Shown here: piece after piece, positions 29,378-37,675 of the stretch
How the letters are laid out: each line of letters begins with the position of its first letter
Numbering within the stretch: position 1 is the stretch's first letter
IMG/VR virus record: IMGVR_UViG_3300027904_000006
DNA length: 64,000 nucleotides
From: a virus
Strand: one strand, 5' to 3'
Made by a program: the position numbers and the translations under genes
The notes under the pieces: generated by a model
Told to the model about the DNA's origin: nothing
Databases searched by the model: none
Seen by the model: the letters and a program-made list of their open reading frames with translations, nothing else

Positions 29378-29581
29378 TCAATCCAAGATAATTGCGTCCT
29401 CAGTCGTCGCAATGCCTTTTATATATTCCTCGCACTCCTTATATGTCCCCCGGTAGACAATACTGTCAAACACCCATCCGACGCCGTAATCGCTGACCCG
29501 CAGTTTCTCTATTGCGTAATCCATCCCCAGGTAAGGGTCGGTGCGGCATATGAGCCTGTAAGCAAATTCGCGCTCCATCAT
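29378..29581 (-). CDS. Hypothetical protein
   Basis: 67 aa; YRGTYKECEEYI. Confidence 0.55.
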   Translation of the reverse strand: MMEREFAYRLICRTDPYLGMDYAIEKLRVSDYGVGWVFDSIVYRGTYKECEEYIKGIATTEDAIILD

Positions 29582-29583
29582 AG

Positions 29584-29862
29584 CTATATCACCTCCGAAA
29601 TATTCGTTTCGACGTGGATTATATGTCCGTTGCCTGGGGCGTTGCAGAAATCTACATACTCCCCGGGGTGACCTTTGCCTGAACAGAGGTATTTGCAGAA
29701 CTCCCCGCAGTTAGCGACCGGGTTTGGATCTTCCTCGCCGGGGTCATACATACAAGCTTCCATATCGCGTAAATCCTGTTCCGGTATGCTCGCCGCCCAA
29801 GCTTCGTGTTCGGCTTTCGCGTCTAAGTCTATCTCATAAAACTTGCATTTGCATTCTGCCAT
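29584..29862 (-). CDS. Cys-rich hypothetical protein
   Basis: 92 aa with CKC, CGEFCKYLC and FC motifs; AGGGGG RBS within the conserved leader. Confidence 0.6.
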   Translation of the reverse strand: MAECKCKFYEIDLDAKAEHEAWAASIPEQDLRDMEACMYDPGEEDPNPVANCGEFCKYLCSGKGHPGEYVDFCNAPGNGHIIHVETNISEVI

Positions 29863-29919
29863 CTGAAATCCCCCTTAGAATTTAGCGGCGGGGCTTGTGA
29901 CCCGCTCTTGCCGCATTAC
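29863..29919 (-). repeat. Conserved leader element, copy 1
   Basis: GTAATGCGG...GGTCACAAGCCCCGCCGCTAAATTCTAAGGGGG upstream of ATG 29862. Confidence 0.75.
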
Positions 29920-29935
29920 GCTGGCGTTAACCAGC

Positions 29936-30136
29936 TCACTCTGCGATTACAATTAACTCATATCCAATCCCTACACCAAGTACGTCATGACATGGCTTAC
30001 ACATATAAGACCAAGGGCCAAATATGGTTTTATCATCAAATTTTGCCAGCCTCCCACAAATATCACAAGCAACTTCCTCACTGATAAGTTTTTTTGTTAT
30101 TACTGGCCCCTCATTCAGTTTCTTTGCTTTCATCAT
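29936..30136 (-). CDS. Small zinc-finger protein
   Basis: CDICG...DDKTIFGPWSYMCKPCH...GIGY. Confidence 0.65.
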   Translation of the reverse strand: MMKAKKLNEGPVITKKLISEEVACDICGRLAKFDDKTIFGPWSYMCKPCHDVLGVGIGYELIVIAE

Positions 30137-30200
30137 TTTGAAACCCCCTCAGAATTTAGCGGCGGGCTTGTGACCGCACCGGTTTCCCGGGCCGCATTAC
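30137..30200 (-). repeat. Conserved leader element, copy 2
   Basis: GTAATGCGG...GGTCACAAGCCCGCCGCTAAATTCTGAGGGGG upstream of ATG 30136. Confidence 0.75.
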
Positions 30201-30228
30201 TGGGAGCGTGGCCCCCATCACTCTGCGT

Positions 30229-30387
30229 TTAGATGCCTGTTGTGGAATCAAGCCTTATGAAATTCTCTTTCTCCTGGACTTTTTCAATGAATTTCTTCAA
30301 TGCTTTTTCTGTCTGGAAAAACTTCTGCTTCATAACTACCTCGTCTTTCTTATTAACCTCAACCCAACGCAATCCGTAGTCGTTCAT
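30229..30387 (-). CDS. Small hypothetical protein (52 aa, below the ORF-track cutoff)
   Basis: MNDYGLRWVEVNKKDEVVMKQKFFQTEKALKKFIEKVQEKENFIRLDSTTGI*; RBS AAGGGGGA. Confidence 0.65.
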   Translation of the reverse strand: MNDYGLRWVEVNKKDEVVMKQKFFQTEKALKKFIEKVQEKENFIRLDSTTGI

Positions 30388-30460
30388 TTCGTATCCCCCT
30401 TGTCATCATTATAACATTTTTCGACTTGTTAGTCAATAACTATTTATTTACTGTTACTGT

Positions 30461-30491
30461 ATTGTTCTTTCCTTTCATAATATATATCGAC
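30461..30491 (-). promoter_or_regulatory. Conserved early promoter/operator motif
   Basis: Minus-strand GTCGATATATATTATGAAAGGAAAGAACAAT. Confidence 0.65.
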
Positions 30492-30690
30492 CGCCTACGG
30501 AAAATATTAATAGTCTTAGGCGGTTTTTCCATGCCAATTTTCCCCGAACGTGTTTCTTCTATATAAGTAATAGTTATTGACAATACCTATACAGTATTGT
30601 ATAATATATTTACTATAAAGAACAATTCTGTATTTTCCATAAATTGGATTGGCGAAAAAGCCCTCGCCTGTTAAACTTTTACAGGGAAGG

Positions 30691-30720
30691 GTCGATATAT
30701 ATATTGCAAGGGTAAATAAA
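30691..30720 (+). promoter_or_regulatory. Conserved early promoter/operator motif
   Basis: GTCGATATATATATTGCAAGGGTAAATAAA, with GTAAAGAACAA again at about 30733. Confidence 0.6.
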
Positions 30721-30768
30721 ATATCATGTACAGTAAAGAACAAATATGACAACGGGGGGAAGCTGACA

Positions 30769-30888
30769 ATGACACATCCAGATATCGAAAGAATGGAACG
30801 GACTGGTTTAAAACCTTGGGAAAAAGACTGGTACAGCCCGGAGGAATACGACCCCTGGCTGGTAGATAGGGAAGACGAGGACGAGTAA
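30769..30888 (+). CDS. Small acidic peptide
   Basis: MTHPDIERMERTG...; RBS GGGGGGA (the ORF track starts it at 30649). Confidence 0.45.
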   Translation: MTHPDIERMERTGLKPWEKDWYSPEEYDPWLVDREDEDE

Positions 30889-30935
30889 AAGCCGGGGGAA
30901 AACCCCCCGGCGACACTAAAAGGGAGGGTTCGTAC

Positions 30936-31301
30936 ATGAAACATCAAGAAGCTATCGCAAGGGGATTTTCAGCTACAGGGTTCTCGGATTTGTCCGATAT
31001 CGCAGCATTCAACAAAGCAAGGGAAGGCTTCAAGAAAGCCGGGTACAAAACGTTAATCGTAAATGAGCGGACGTCAAAGTATTCACGCGGCAACCCCGGA
31101 TGCGCTTACCGCACCCTATATGTCGAGCAGCGGTACCGTGACGACGAGGCGCTTAAAAGATACGAACAGGAGCTTGACGGGCTGGCGGGTCGCGGCAAGG
31201 CCGCAGAGGAAGCCTTCAAAGCCGAATTGCAAAAAATCTCCGAACGCGGCGTGGAGCTTGAAGCAATGATCGCCGAATTGAAAGCGAAAAACGCAGAGTG
31301 A
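30936..31301 (+). CDS. Hypothetical coiled-coil protein
   Basis: 121 aa; RBS GGGAGG. Confidence 0.65.
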   Translation: MKHQEAIARGFSATGFSDLSDIAAFNKAREGFKKAGYKTLIVNERTSKYSRGNPGCAYRTLYVEQRYRDDEALKRYEQELDGLAGRGKAAEEAFKAELQKISERGVELEAMIAELKAKNAE

Positions 31302-31318
31302 CGGCCCGTTTCGGGCTG

Positions 31319-31378
31319 GTAATGCGGGAAAGCCGGTCATAACCCCGGCGCCGCTAATTTATGAAGGGGGAATTAGGA
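31319..31378 (+). repeat. Conserved leader element, copy 3 (diverged)
   Basis: GTAATGCGGG...GGTCATAACCCCGGCGCCGCTAATTTATGAAGGGGG upstream of ATG 31379. Confidence 0.65.
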
Positions 31379-32458
31379 ATGATGTATGGCAGGTCTTTAC
31401 AGGATTTGGCCTTGGAGATTGAACGGCAGAAAAACGCCAAGGCAGACTATCTGGCCGACACGCGCCAGTTAAGCATGACGGTGTTCCCGAACATTGCGAC
31501 GACGGAGTATGAGCCGCGCCTCAGCCTGGGCACGAACGGGGATACGATTGAACTGGCCGTAAACGAGATAGCGCACGGCCAGATAGCTTCACATACCGGC
31601 ATCCCGTACAGGTACTACAACCGCATGCAGAAATCCGACCCGGAACTGCTCGCGCACAACGTCAATACATGGTTCAACAGGGAGCCGCAGACGCGGATGG
31701 TTCGGACACTGGACGGGACGGCGCGGGCGTTTTTGTCCGATAGGTACAGGCGCATAGACCACGCGGAAATAGCTGAGGCCGTATTGCCGATGATAGGCGA
31801 CATGCCCGGCGCCACGGTGGAAAGCTGCCAGCTTACGGACAAAAAAATGTACATCAAGGTGCTTAACCCGCGCATCCAGACCGAGATTGTTCCCGGCGAT
31901 GTAGTCCAAAGCGGCCTGTTAATCTCCAACAGCGAGGTCGGGCTAGGAAGCGTGGCGGTCCTGCCGCTAGTCTACCGGCTGGTATGCAGTAACGGCATGA
32001 TCGCGGCCGACAACGGCCAGCGCAAATTCCACGTAGGACGCGCTAATGAAGCCGACGACAACTACGAGATTTTCCGCTCCGTAACAATCGAGGCCGAGGA
32101 CAAGGCGTTCGTCCTGAAGCTTCAGGACATCGTTCGGGCGACAGCGGATTCCGTCCAGTTTGAACGCATCGTAAACGTCATGAGGACAGCCGCCGACGCG
32201 CGGATGACCAGCCCCGACATACCCAAGGTAGTCCAGCTTGCCTCCAGGGCGTTCGGTATTACGGAAAACGAGGGCAAGGGCGTACTTGACCACCTGATAC
32301 GGGGTAGCGACTTGTCGCTGTACGGGCTGGCGAATGCCGTAACCAGGACGGCTCAGGACGTAGGCAACTACGACCGCTCTACTGAGCTTGAGATGACCGG
32401 CTGGGATCTTATGAATATGTCCCGTGCCGAATGGAACCGAATTAACAATACAGACTAA
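31379..32458 (+). CDS. DUF932-family protein
   Basis: RAFLSDRYRRIDH, GLLISNSEVGLGS, YRLVCSNGMI, SLYGLANAVTR. Confidence 0.8.
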   Translation: MMYGRSLQDLALEIERQKNAKADYLADTRQLSMTVFPNIATTEYEPRLSLGTNGDTIELAVNEIAHGQIASHTGIPYRYYNRMQKSDPELLAHNVNTWFNREPQTRMVRTLDGTARAFLSDRYRRIDHAEIAEAVLPMIGDMPGATVESCQLTDKKMYIKVLNPRIQTEIVPGDVVQSGLLISNSEVGLGSVAVLPLVYRLVCSNGMIAADNGQRKFHVGRANEADDNYEIFRSVTIEAEDKAFVLKLQDIVRATADSVQFERIVNVMRTAADARMTSPDIPKVVQLASRAFGITENEGKGVLDHLIRGSDLSLYGLANAVTRTAQDVGNYDRSTELEMTGWDLMNMSRAEWNRINNTD

Positions 32459-32530
32459 CCGGAGCCTAACCCCCTCCGGCTTTTTTCAATTAATTGGCAC
32501 CTCCGGACTGTTAATTTTTCTCAGGTATAT

Positions 32531-32563
32531 GTCGATATATATAATAGAAAGGTAAAGAACAAT
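32531..32563 (+). promoter_or_regulatory. Conserved early promoter/operator motif
   Basis: GTCGATATATATAATAGAAAGGTAAAGAACAAT upstream of the amidoligase gene. Confidence 0.7.
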
Positions 32564-32640
32564 AAGTTAAATGTTCTTGACTTTCGACAAAAAATCTGTT
32601 AAAATGAATTAACATCACGAAAACAGCGGAGGTAGACACC

Positions 32641-33528
32641 ATGAAAAACCAAAATTTCGGAATTGAAATCGAATTGACCGGAATCTCCCGCGAAACAGCG
32701 GCGGACACGATTGCCAAATACTTCGGGACCACTGCAAGATACGTGGGCGGGGCATACAAAACATGGGAAATCACCGATACGCGGGACGGTTTCGGGAAGG
32801 TCTGGAAAGTCGTGCGGGACAGCAGCATATCCCCGTCCGGGACGCGCTCCAACGATGCAGATGAGTACCGCGTCGAAATTGTCAGCCCGATTCTTGGATA
32901 CTCCGAAATTGAAAAGCTTCAGGAGATTGTCCGCGAAATACGGCGGGCGGGCGGGAAAGTCAACGATAGCTGCGGAATCCACGTCCACGTCGGGGCGGAA
33001 AACCACACCGCCAACTCCTTGAGGAACATGATGACCATGATGTATGCTAGGGAAGACATCATCTTCAAGGCGTTACAGGTCGAATCATTCAGGCAATACT
33101 CCTACTGCAAGAAAACGTCCCTGACAACCCTGGAAAACGCCCGCAAAACCAAAAACCTCACGATGGACAGCCTGCGGGACATATGGTACGAGCAAAAAGA
33201 TAGCTGGCATTGCGCAAACAACCACTATCACAATAGCCGCTACCACGCCCTCAACCTGCACGCAACGTTCTCCAAGGGCACGGTCGAATTCAGGATGTTC
33301 AACTCAACCCTCCACGCGGGGGAAGTCAAGGCTTACATCAACCTGGCGCTGGCAATGAGCGACGCTTGCGTCAAAGCCAAGTCAATAGTCATGAAGAAGA
33401 CCGACGAGGCTGAAACCAAAATCTTCGGCGAATGGCTGAAAAGAATCGGCCTGGCCGGGGAAGAATTCAAAAACACCCGCGGACACTTGCTAAAGCACCT
33501 GTCCGCGGGCAACACCGCCACAGCATAA
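32641..33528 (+). CDS. Putative amidoligase (COOH-NH2 ligase family)
   Basis: FGIEIE, VRDSSI, EIVSP, SCGIHVHVG, RYHALNL, GTVEFRMFNSTLH. Confidence 0.9.
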   Translation: MKNQNFGIEIELTGISRETAADTIAKYFGTTARYVGGAYKTWEITDTRDGFGKVWKVVRDSSISPSGTRSNDADEYRVEIVSPILGYSEIEKLQEIVREIRRAGGKVNDSCGIHVHVGAENHTANSLRNMMTMMYAREDIIFKALQVESFRQYSYCKKTSLTTLENARKTKNLTMDSLRDIWYEQKDSWHCANNHYHNSRYHALNLHATFSKGTVEFRMFNSTLHAGEVKAYINLALAMSDACVKAKSIVMKKTDEAETKIFGEWLKRIGLAGEEFKNTRGHLLKHLSAGNTATA

Positions 33529-33548
33529 TTGATAAGGGAGGCTATGAC

Positions 33549-33833
33549 ATGAAAGTAACAATCGACGGGGCAGTATACGAGGCCGCTACGGCGGTCGCGC
33601 TCATTGAGGAAATCAAGGGCCTGCATTGGAAAGTAGACAGCACGACAGATGCGGAGGGGTATATCCGGATACAGTCCGAGATGTATTGCCGCATGGTAGG
33701 GCGCCAGATGGAATTGCCCGGACAATCGTCCGAAAAGGACACGGAAGCGCGGGCGATAGCCATGTTCAAAGCGGTTGCGGATACCGGCGCGTGGGAGTTC
33801 GAGGAGGAGGAGGGGGATACGATTGAAGGCTAG
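33549..33833 (+). CDS. Hypothetical protein in the amidoligase module
   Basis: 94 aa; RBS GGGAGG; lies between amidoligase and GGCT genes. Confidence 0.6.
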   Translation: MKVTIDGAVYEAATAVALIEEIKGLHWKVDSTTDAEGYIRIQSEMYCRMVGRQMELPGQSSEKDTEARAIAMFKAVADTGAWEFEEEEGDTIEG

Positions 33834-34293
33834 ATATTATTTCGCGTACGGCTCTAACTGCAACTTGCGCCAAATGGCGCAACGTTGCCCCAAGGCCGTC
33901 AGGGTCGGGCCGGTTACGCTTCGCAATTACATCCTTACGTTCAATGGGAAATCCAACGGGTGGGGCGTTGCGAACATCCAGCGTCAGGAGGGGGAGCAGG
34001 TCGACGGGCTGCTATGGAAAATCACCCCGGGATGTGAGGATAGCCTTGACATATATGAGGGCTTCCCGCACCTGTACACCAAACAGGACATCACGGTTTA
34101 CGGCTCGAACGGGAAAAAATACAAGGCCATGGCCTACGTGATGACCCCCGAGTACAATACTCCGGCTGTCCCAAGCCAGTATTACTATAACGGGATCGCC
34201 ACGGGGTTCCTGCAAAACGGGATACCGATAAATTCGCTCGTGAAAGCGCTGCGCCAAACAATCTTGACGGTAAATAGGCTGAGCGTTGTCTAA
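33823..34293 (+). CDS. Gamma-glutamylcyclotransferase (AIG2-like) family protein
   Basis: YFAYGSN, MAQRCP, LDIYEGFP, YVM; TTG start after the poly-purine RBS. Confidence 0.9.
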   Translation: MKARYYFAYGSNCNLRQMAQRCPKAVRVGPVTLRNYILTFNGKSNGWGVANIQRQEGEQVDGLLWKITPGCEDSLDIYEGFPHLYTKQDITVYGSNGKKYKAMAYVMTPEYNTPAVPSQYYYNGIATGFLQNGIPINSLVKALRQTILTVNRLSVV

Positions 34294-34405
34294 ATACTGA
34301 AAGGGCTTTGACTGGACAACCCTCCATCAAAGCCCTTTCGTATTGGCGTTGGCCTATAACGCCTTGGATATATCATAACGTATCGTCCTCAGCCCGGCAA
34401 CTGGT

Positions 34406-34594
34406 TTACTCGGAGAGCTTCAGTATTTTTTTGGCCGCGTTTACGTCGTTCCGATAATACTCCTGGATTATCATAAGCATTTGCTGGGAGCGGGATCTAT
34501 ATCCTGCCTCCGCGTCCCTGTCCAGCAGGTCCATGAGATACTTCGGGAGTGTCAGCGTGGCCTGTTGGTTGTTGTCTCCGACTGTTTTTCTCAT
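34406..34594 (-). CDS. Ribbon-helix-helix (CopG/Arc-like) protein, paralog A
   Basis: QATLTLPKYLMDLLDRDAEAGYRSRSQQMLMIIQEYY. Confidence 0.7.
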   Translation of the reverse strand: MRKTVGDNNQQATLTLPKYLMDLLDRDAEAGYRSRSQQMLMIIQEYYRNDVNAAKKILKLSE

Positions 34595-34660
34595 ATGTAA
34601 TCACCTCGTTTTATACTATCATTTAAATTTTTTACTGTAAATTAAAATAAAACTGTCTTT

Positions 34661-34879
34661 TTAGACAGTTTTATTATTCCTTAACTTAATTACAAGTGTT
34701 AAAGCGTCAATCATGAATAAATTATATTCGCTTGCTATTTCATGTATAAAAAGGTTATCTATAGCCCAATACAACATTTTATTGTCTATACTTGTACCCT
34801 TGCCGTTAATGATGTTTTCTAAGTTATTTACTGTTTTCCCTTGTATGTATTGCGTAAATGCATTAAATTCATTATTCAT
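34661..34879 (-). CDS. Hypothetical protein, AT-rich
   Basis: 72-aa ORF with GGGG RBS in a low-GC island. Confidence 0.45.
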   Translation of the reverse strand: MNNEFNAFTQYIQGKTVNNLENIINGKGTSIDNKMLYWAIDNLFIHEIASEYNLFMIDALTLVIKLRNNKTV

Positions 34880-35041
34880 GCTAAAACCCCTTTATGTCTG
34901 TTTTTATTGTACTTTAATTTTATCATGTTAATATAATTCTGTCAATGACTTAATAGATGGTAAAATTTTCTTATTGTTTTAATTATAAATACATGATATA
35001 ATTAATATGTAAAATTAAATAGTGAGAGGGGGGATAAATGA

Positions 35042-35368
35042 ATGAATATTGATTTTGACATTTTTGATAAGTATATCATTGCCGAAACGTCCGATACTGA
35101 AAAGGGAATAGATCCATGGGCTTTTAATAGTGAAACAGTAAAACTAGCATTTAATTTAGTTTTTGGTTGTTCATTTGATGAGGCAGAAAAAAATAATATT
35201 TCAGAACAGGACATGGTAATGGGATTTTTTGGTTTTAATGAGGATATAAACATTTTCATTATGGATAATAAGGAATTGATTGAAAATAACAGTAAATACA
35301 ACGAATACAGAGAAAAGCAATGGGGAAATGATTGGGGCTGTTGGGTACTTGGTTCTGGTGACAAATAG
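35042..35368 (+). CDS. Hypothetical acidic protein, AT-rich
   Basis: 108 aa; GAGAGGGGG RBS; followed by a hairpin at about 35376-35405. Confidence 0.55.
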   Translation: MNIDFDIFDKYIIAETSDTEKGIDPWAFNSETVKLAFNLVFGCSFDEAEKNNISEQDMVMGFFGFNEDINIFIMDNKELIENNSKYNEYREKQWGNDWGCWVLGSGDK

Positions 35369-35459
35369 TTTAAAATAATCCATCAGTAAGTTTACTGATG
35401 GATTTTACTTGACTTTATACCCCTCCGGTAAAGAGGGGTTACTACAAGGAGGTAGAAGA

Positions 35460-35648
35460 ATGGGAACATTGAAAAAGGAGAATTATCAAATCACGGCTAC
35501 GCTTCCAAGAAGAATCGTAGAATTTCTTGACATGGACGCCGAGGCTGGATACCGAACGCGCTCGCAGCAGCTTTCGATGATCGTCAAAGAGTATTACAAG
35601 GAGAGGCTGGCTAAAGAGCCAACCGATGAGGCGGAGCCAAATAAATAA
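35460..35648 (+). CDS. Ribbon-helix-helix protein, paralog B
   Basis: QITATLPRRIVEFLDMDAEAGYRTRSQQLSMIVKEYY; shares DAEAGYRxRSQQ with paralog A. Confidence 0.7.
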   Translation: MGTLKKENYQITATLPRRIVEFLDMDAEAGYRTRSQQLSMIVKEYYKERLAKEPTDEAEPNK

Positions 35649-35669
35649 GCCTCCCGGAAGATGGAAGGC

Positions 35670-36128
35670 TTATGTGCCAATGGGTTGCGGCTGTCGCGTA
35701 TCAAAAGACAAATCCCTGACAGTCAGATTAATTAGCGCCCTTTTCAATTCGGGCCGCAGGCGATAGATGAACTTGCTGTGGTTTTCATCAGCGTACATCC
35801 CAGTATACAGGACGGGCCAGAAGCGTTCGTCTTCCGTGGCGTTCCCGCCCCTAATCAATTCGCACTTAGTCTTAATATGGACGCGCTTCGCAAGTTGGCT
35901 TGACATCAGATTATAAAAGTCTTTCGTTCGGCCATACTTTTCAGCTAATTCTATACACGCCGCGCCGCCATCGATTCTTTTATCATAGTCAAGCATACAT
36001 TTCATGACAATGAGCGAATTGTCTTCAAAGACGTCACTGTCTTTGAGTAGGCCCATCCAGGTATCTTCACTTATCCCTGGACTGTACTCGTCACCAGGCC
36101 ACCAGCTTAGATGATTTGGTTGATCCAT
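35670..36128 (-). CDS. Stand-alone domain resembling the N-terminus of Firmicutes McrB-like/HNH restriction proteins
   Basis: YSPGISEDTWMGLL.D.DVF, GGAACIELAEKYG, LAKRV...T.C, WPVLYTG, YRLRPELKRAL; recognised from memory of the family, not searched. Confidence 0.5.
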   Translation of the reverse strand: MDQPNHLSWWPGDEYSPGISEDTWMGLLKDSDVFEDNSLIVMKCMLDYDKRIDGGAACIELAEKYGRTKDFYNLMSSQLAKRVHIKTKCELIRGGNATEDERFWPVLYTGMYADENHSKFIYRLRPELKRALINLTVRDLSFDTRQPQPIGT

Positions 36129-36203
36129 CGTATTTCACCCCGGCCTTAGTTTGGCCGGGATGGGCATAAAAAAACCTCCCGTTGGTTTGGAAGGTTTTAT
36201 CAG

Positions 36204-36446
36204 TTACGCGCTTTTTTGAATACAGGGGTTGCGTCTGTCGTCAGTACGTCCATAAAGATAGTCGAGTGATACATCGAAAAAATCAGCTAAAAGTATTATA
36301 TAATCAGGATTAGTTGCACCGCGGCCGCGTTCGATATTATTTATAAGATAGAAATTACCCCCAATAGCCTCACCTAACTCCGCTTGGGTCAGTTTCATTT
36401 CTTTGCGCAATTCAACTAATCTATCTACAAAAACTTTTTTCCCCAT
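36204..36446 (-). CDS. XRE-family HTH repressor
   Basis: RLVELRKEMKLTQAELGEAIG...INNIERG...LADFFDVSLDYLYGRTD. Confidence 0.92.
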   Translation of the reverse strand: MGKKVFVDRLVELRKEMKLTQAELGEAIGGNFYLINNIERGRGATNPDYIILLADFFDVSLDYLYGRTDDRRNPCIQKSA

Positions 36447-36740
36447 TTTACTCCCACCTATTGCTTTATACGCATATATGACGTATAATATATATTAGGA
36501 CATACCTTTGGCTAAAGGCATTATACAATATAAAACTAAAAAATGCAAATAACACAAAAAACGCCAATTTTCCGCAGCCACAACGCTATCCAGGCAATGA
36601 ACGCTACGAGAAAAGAGGCGACGACAAATAATGTTATGAACCGTCAATATGCACAAATCCGCTACTATATTCGTTGCATTCAATCTGTTGTCATTATACG
36701 ACAACAAAAAACGCTTGTTTTTCAAGCATTACAAGACATA

Positions 36741-36773
36741 GACTACATGTGAAAGAAGTCAGCGTGTAGTCAA
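36741..36773. promoter_or_regulatory. Integrase arm-type-like sites
   Basis: GACTACA at 36741-36747 and TGTAGTCAA at 36765-36773; the same 9-mer occurs twice behind the integrase gene. Confidence 0.6.
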
Positions 36774-36842
36774 CCATTGTTCTTTCATCCGACGTATCAT
36801 TTATTCTATATGGTTGCCTCCCGATTTAAACGTTTTCTGAAC

Positions 36843-36890
36843 AGGCACCAGGCGGATTCGAACCGCCGGATAAAGGTTTTGCAGACCTTT
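36843..36890 (-). other. attP core candidate: 3' two-thirds of tRNA-Cys(GCA)
   Basis: Minus strand AAAGGT-CTGCAAA-ACCTTT ATCC GGCGG-TTCGAAT-CCGCC TGGTGCC T. Anticodon arm, T arm, 3' acceptor strand and U73 are present; 5' acceptor strand and D arm are absent. Confidence 0.8.
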
Positions 36891-36920
36891 ACCCACATAG
36901 AACAAATTTACAGGTCTTGC

Positions 36921-36970
36921 CAAGACAGATGAAAGAATAAACAAAGTTTATTCTCTTATCTGTCTTTTTT
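36921..36970 (+). terminator. Long imperfect hairpin with T-tract
   Basis: AAGACAGAT..AGAATAAAC-AAA-GTTTATTCT..ATCTGTCTT TTTT; outer stem shared with the hairpin at 52516. Confidence 0.6.
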
Positions 36971-37036
36971 TGTCTACCCCTTAGAATCGTTGCCATATAT
37001 TTACCTGGCTAAAATATTCATTTTTACCAGGATAAT

Positions 37037-37067
37037 GTCGATATATATTATAGAAGTAAAGAACAAT
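37037..37067 (+). promoter_or_regulatory. Conserved early promoter/operator motif
   Basis: GTCGATATATATTATAGAAGTAAAGAACAAT upstream of the replication/recombination operon. Confidence 0.7.
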
Positions 37068-37101
37068 AACCCAAAAAAAATTGACAACAGGAGGAGCTGA
37101 C

Positions 37102-37455
37102 ATGAAACTGACACAAAGCGTTGAGTACCTGATTCCCAATTTCCCCGCTCACTTAGGTGAGATGGACGTAGATTGCATAACGCAAGACCTAGAAACACTG
37201 ACCAATCACAAGGCTGACAAAATCCAAGCTAAAGTCAAGGCAAGGGAAAACATCCGCAACCTGGCGGCAAACCTGGACTATACTGAAATCTATCACGTCT
37301 TTAGCGAGGACTACATGCTTGACGTGATGAAGTTTGAGATAAACGAGTTAAAGGAGATAAACGCTACCCTGGCCGACATTGAGGAATTTGAGGAATCGCT
37401 ACATGACGACGCAGATTACCAGGAATACACTGAGATACAATCCAAGACCGCTTAA
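37102..37455 (+). CDS. Hypothetical acidic protein
   Basis: 117 aa; RBS AGGAGGAG. Confidence 0.65.
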   Translation: MKLTQSVEYLIPNFPAHLGEMDVDCITQDLETLTNHKADKIQAKVKARENIRNLAANLDYTEIYHVFSEDYMLDVMKFEINELKEINATLADIEEFEESLHDDADYQEYTEIQSKTA

Positions 37456-37516
37456 CAGGCCTGCCGCCCCCTTCACCGGGGGGCGGGGGCAGGAAATTTA
37501 TAAAAGGACTGCTAGA

Positions 37517-37657
37517 ATGATTGACATTTTCATCATAGTTTATGCAGACGGGTTCGGGATATACCACGACTTGACTACGGCGCCGCAAAAATCCTTTATA
37601 AGTGTTTATTGGATACGGGTAAAGGACAGAACAATCAGGCTGAAACTTGCGGCCTAG
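37517..37657 (+). CDS. Small hypothetical protein
   Basis: 46 aa; AAAGGA RBS. Confidence 0.35.
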   Translation: MIDIFIIVYADGFGIYHDLTTAPQKSFISVYWIRVKDRTIRLKLAA

Positions 37658-37675
37658 AATAAGGGAGGCATAGCA

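Noticed and set aside
36495-36752. Overlapping ORFs 36495-36725 (-) and 36543-36752 (+)
   Set aside because: Neither has a clear RBS or recognisable motif. The region is probably the repressor promoter and att arm; one could be a small excisionase or Cro-like gene, but I cannot support it.
36843-36890. Functional tRNA-Cys gene
   Set aside because: The 5' acceptor strand (GGCACCA) and D arm are missing upstream on the minus strand; better explained as an att core.
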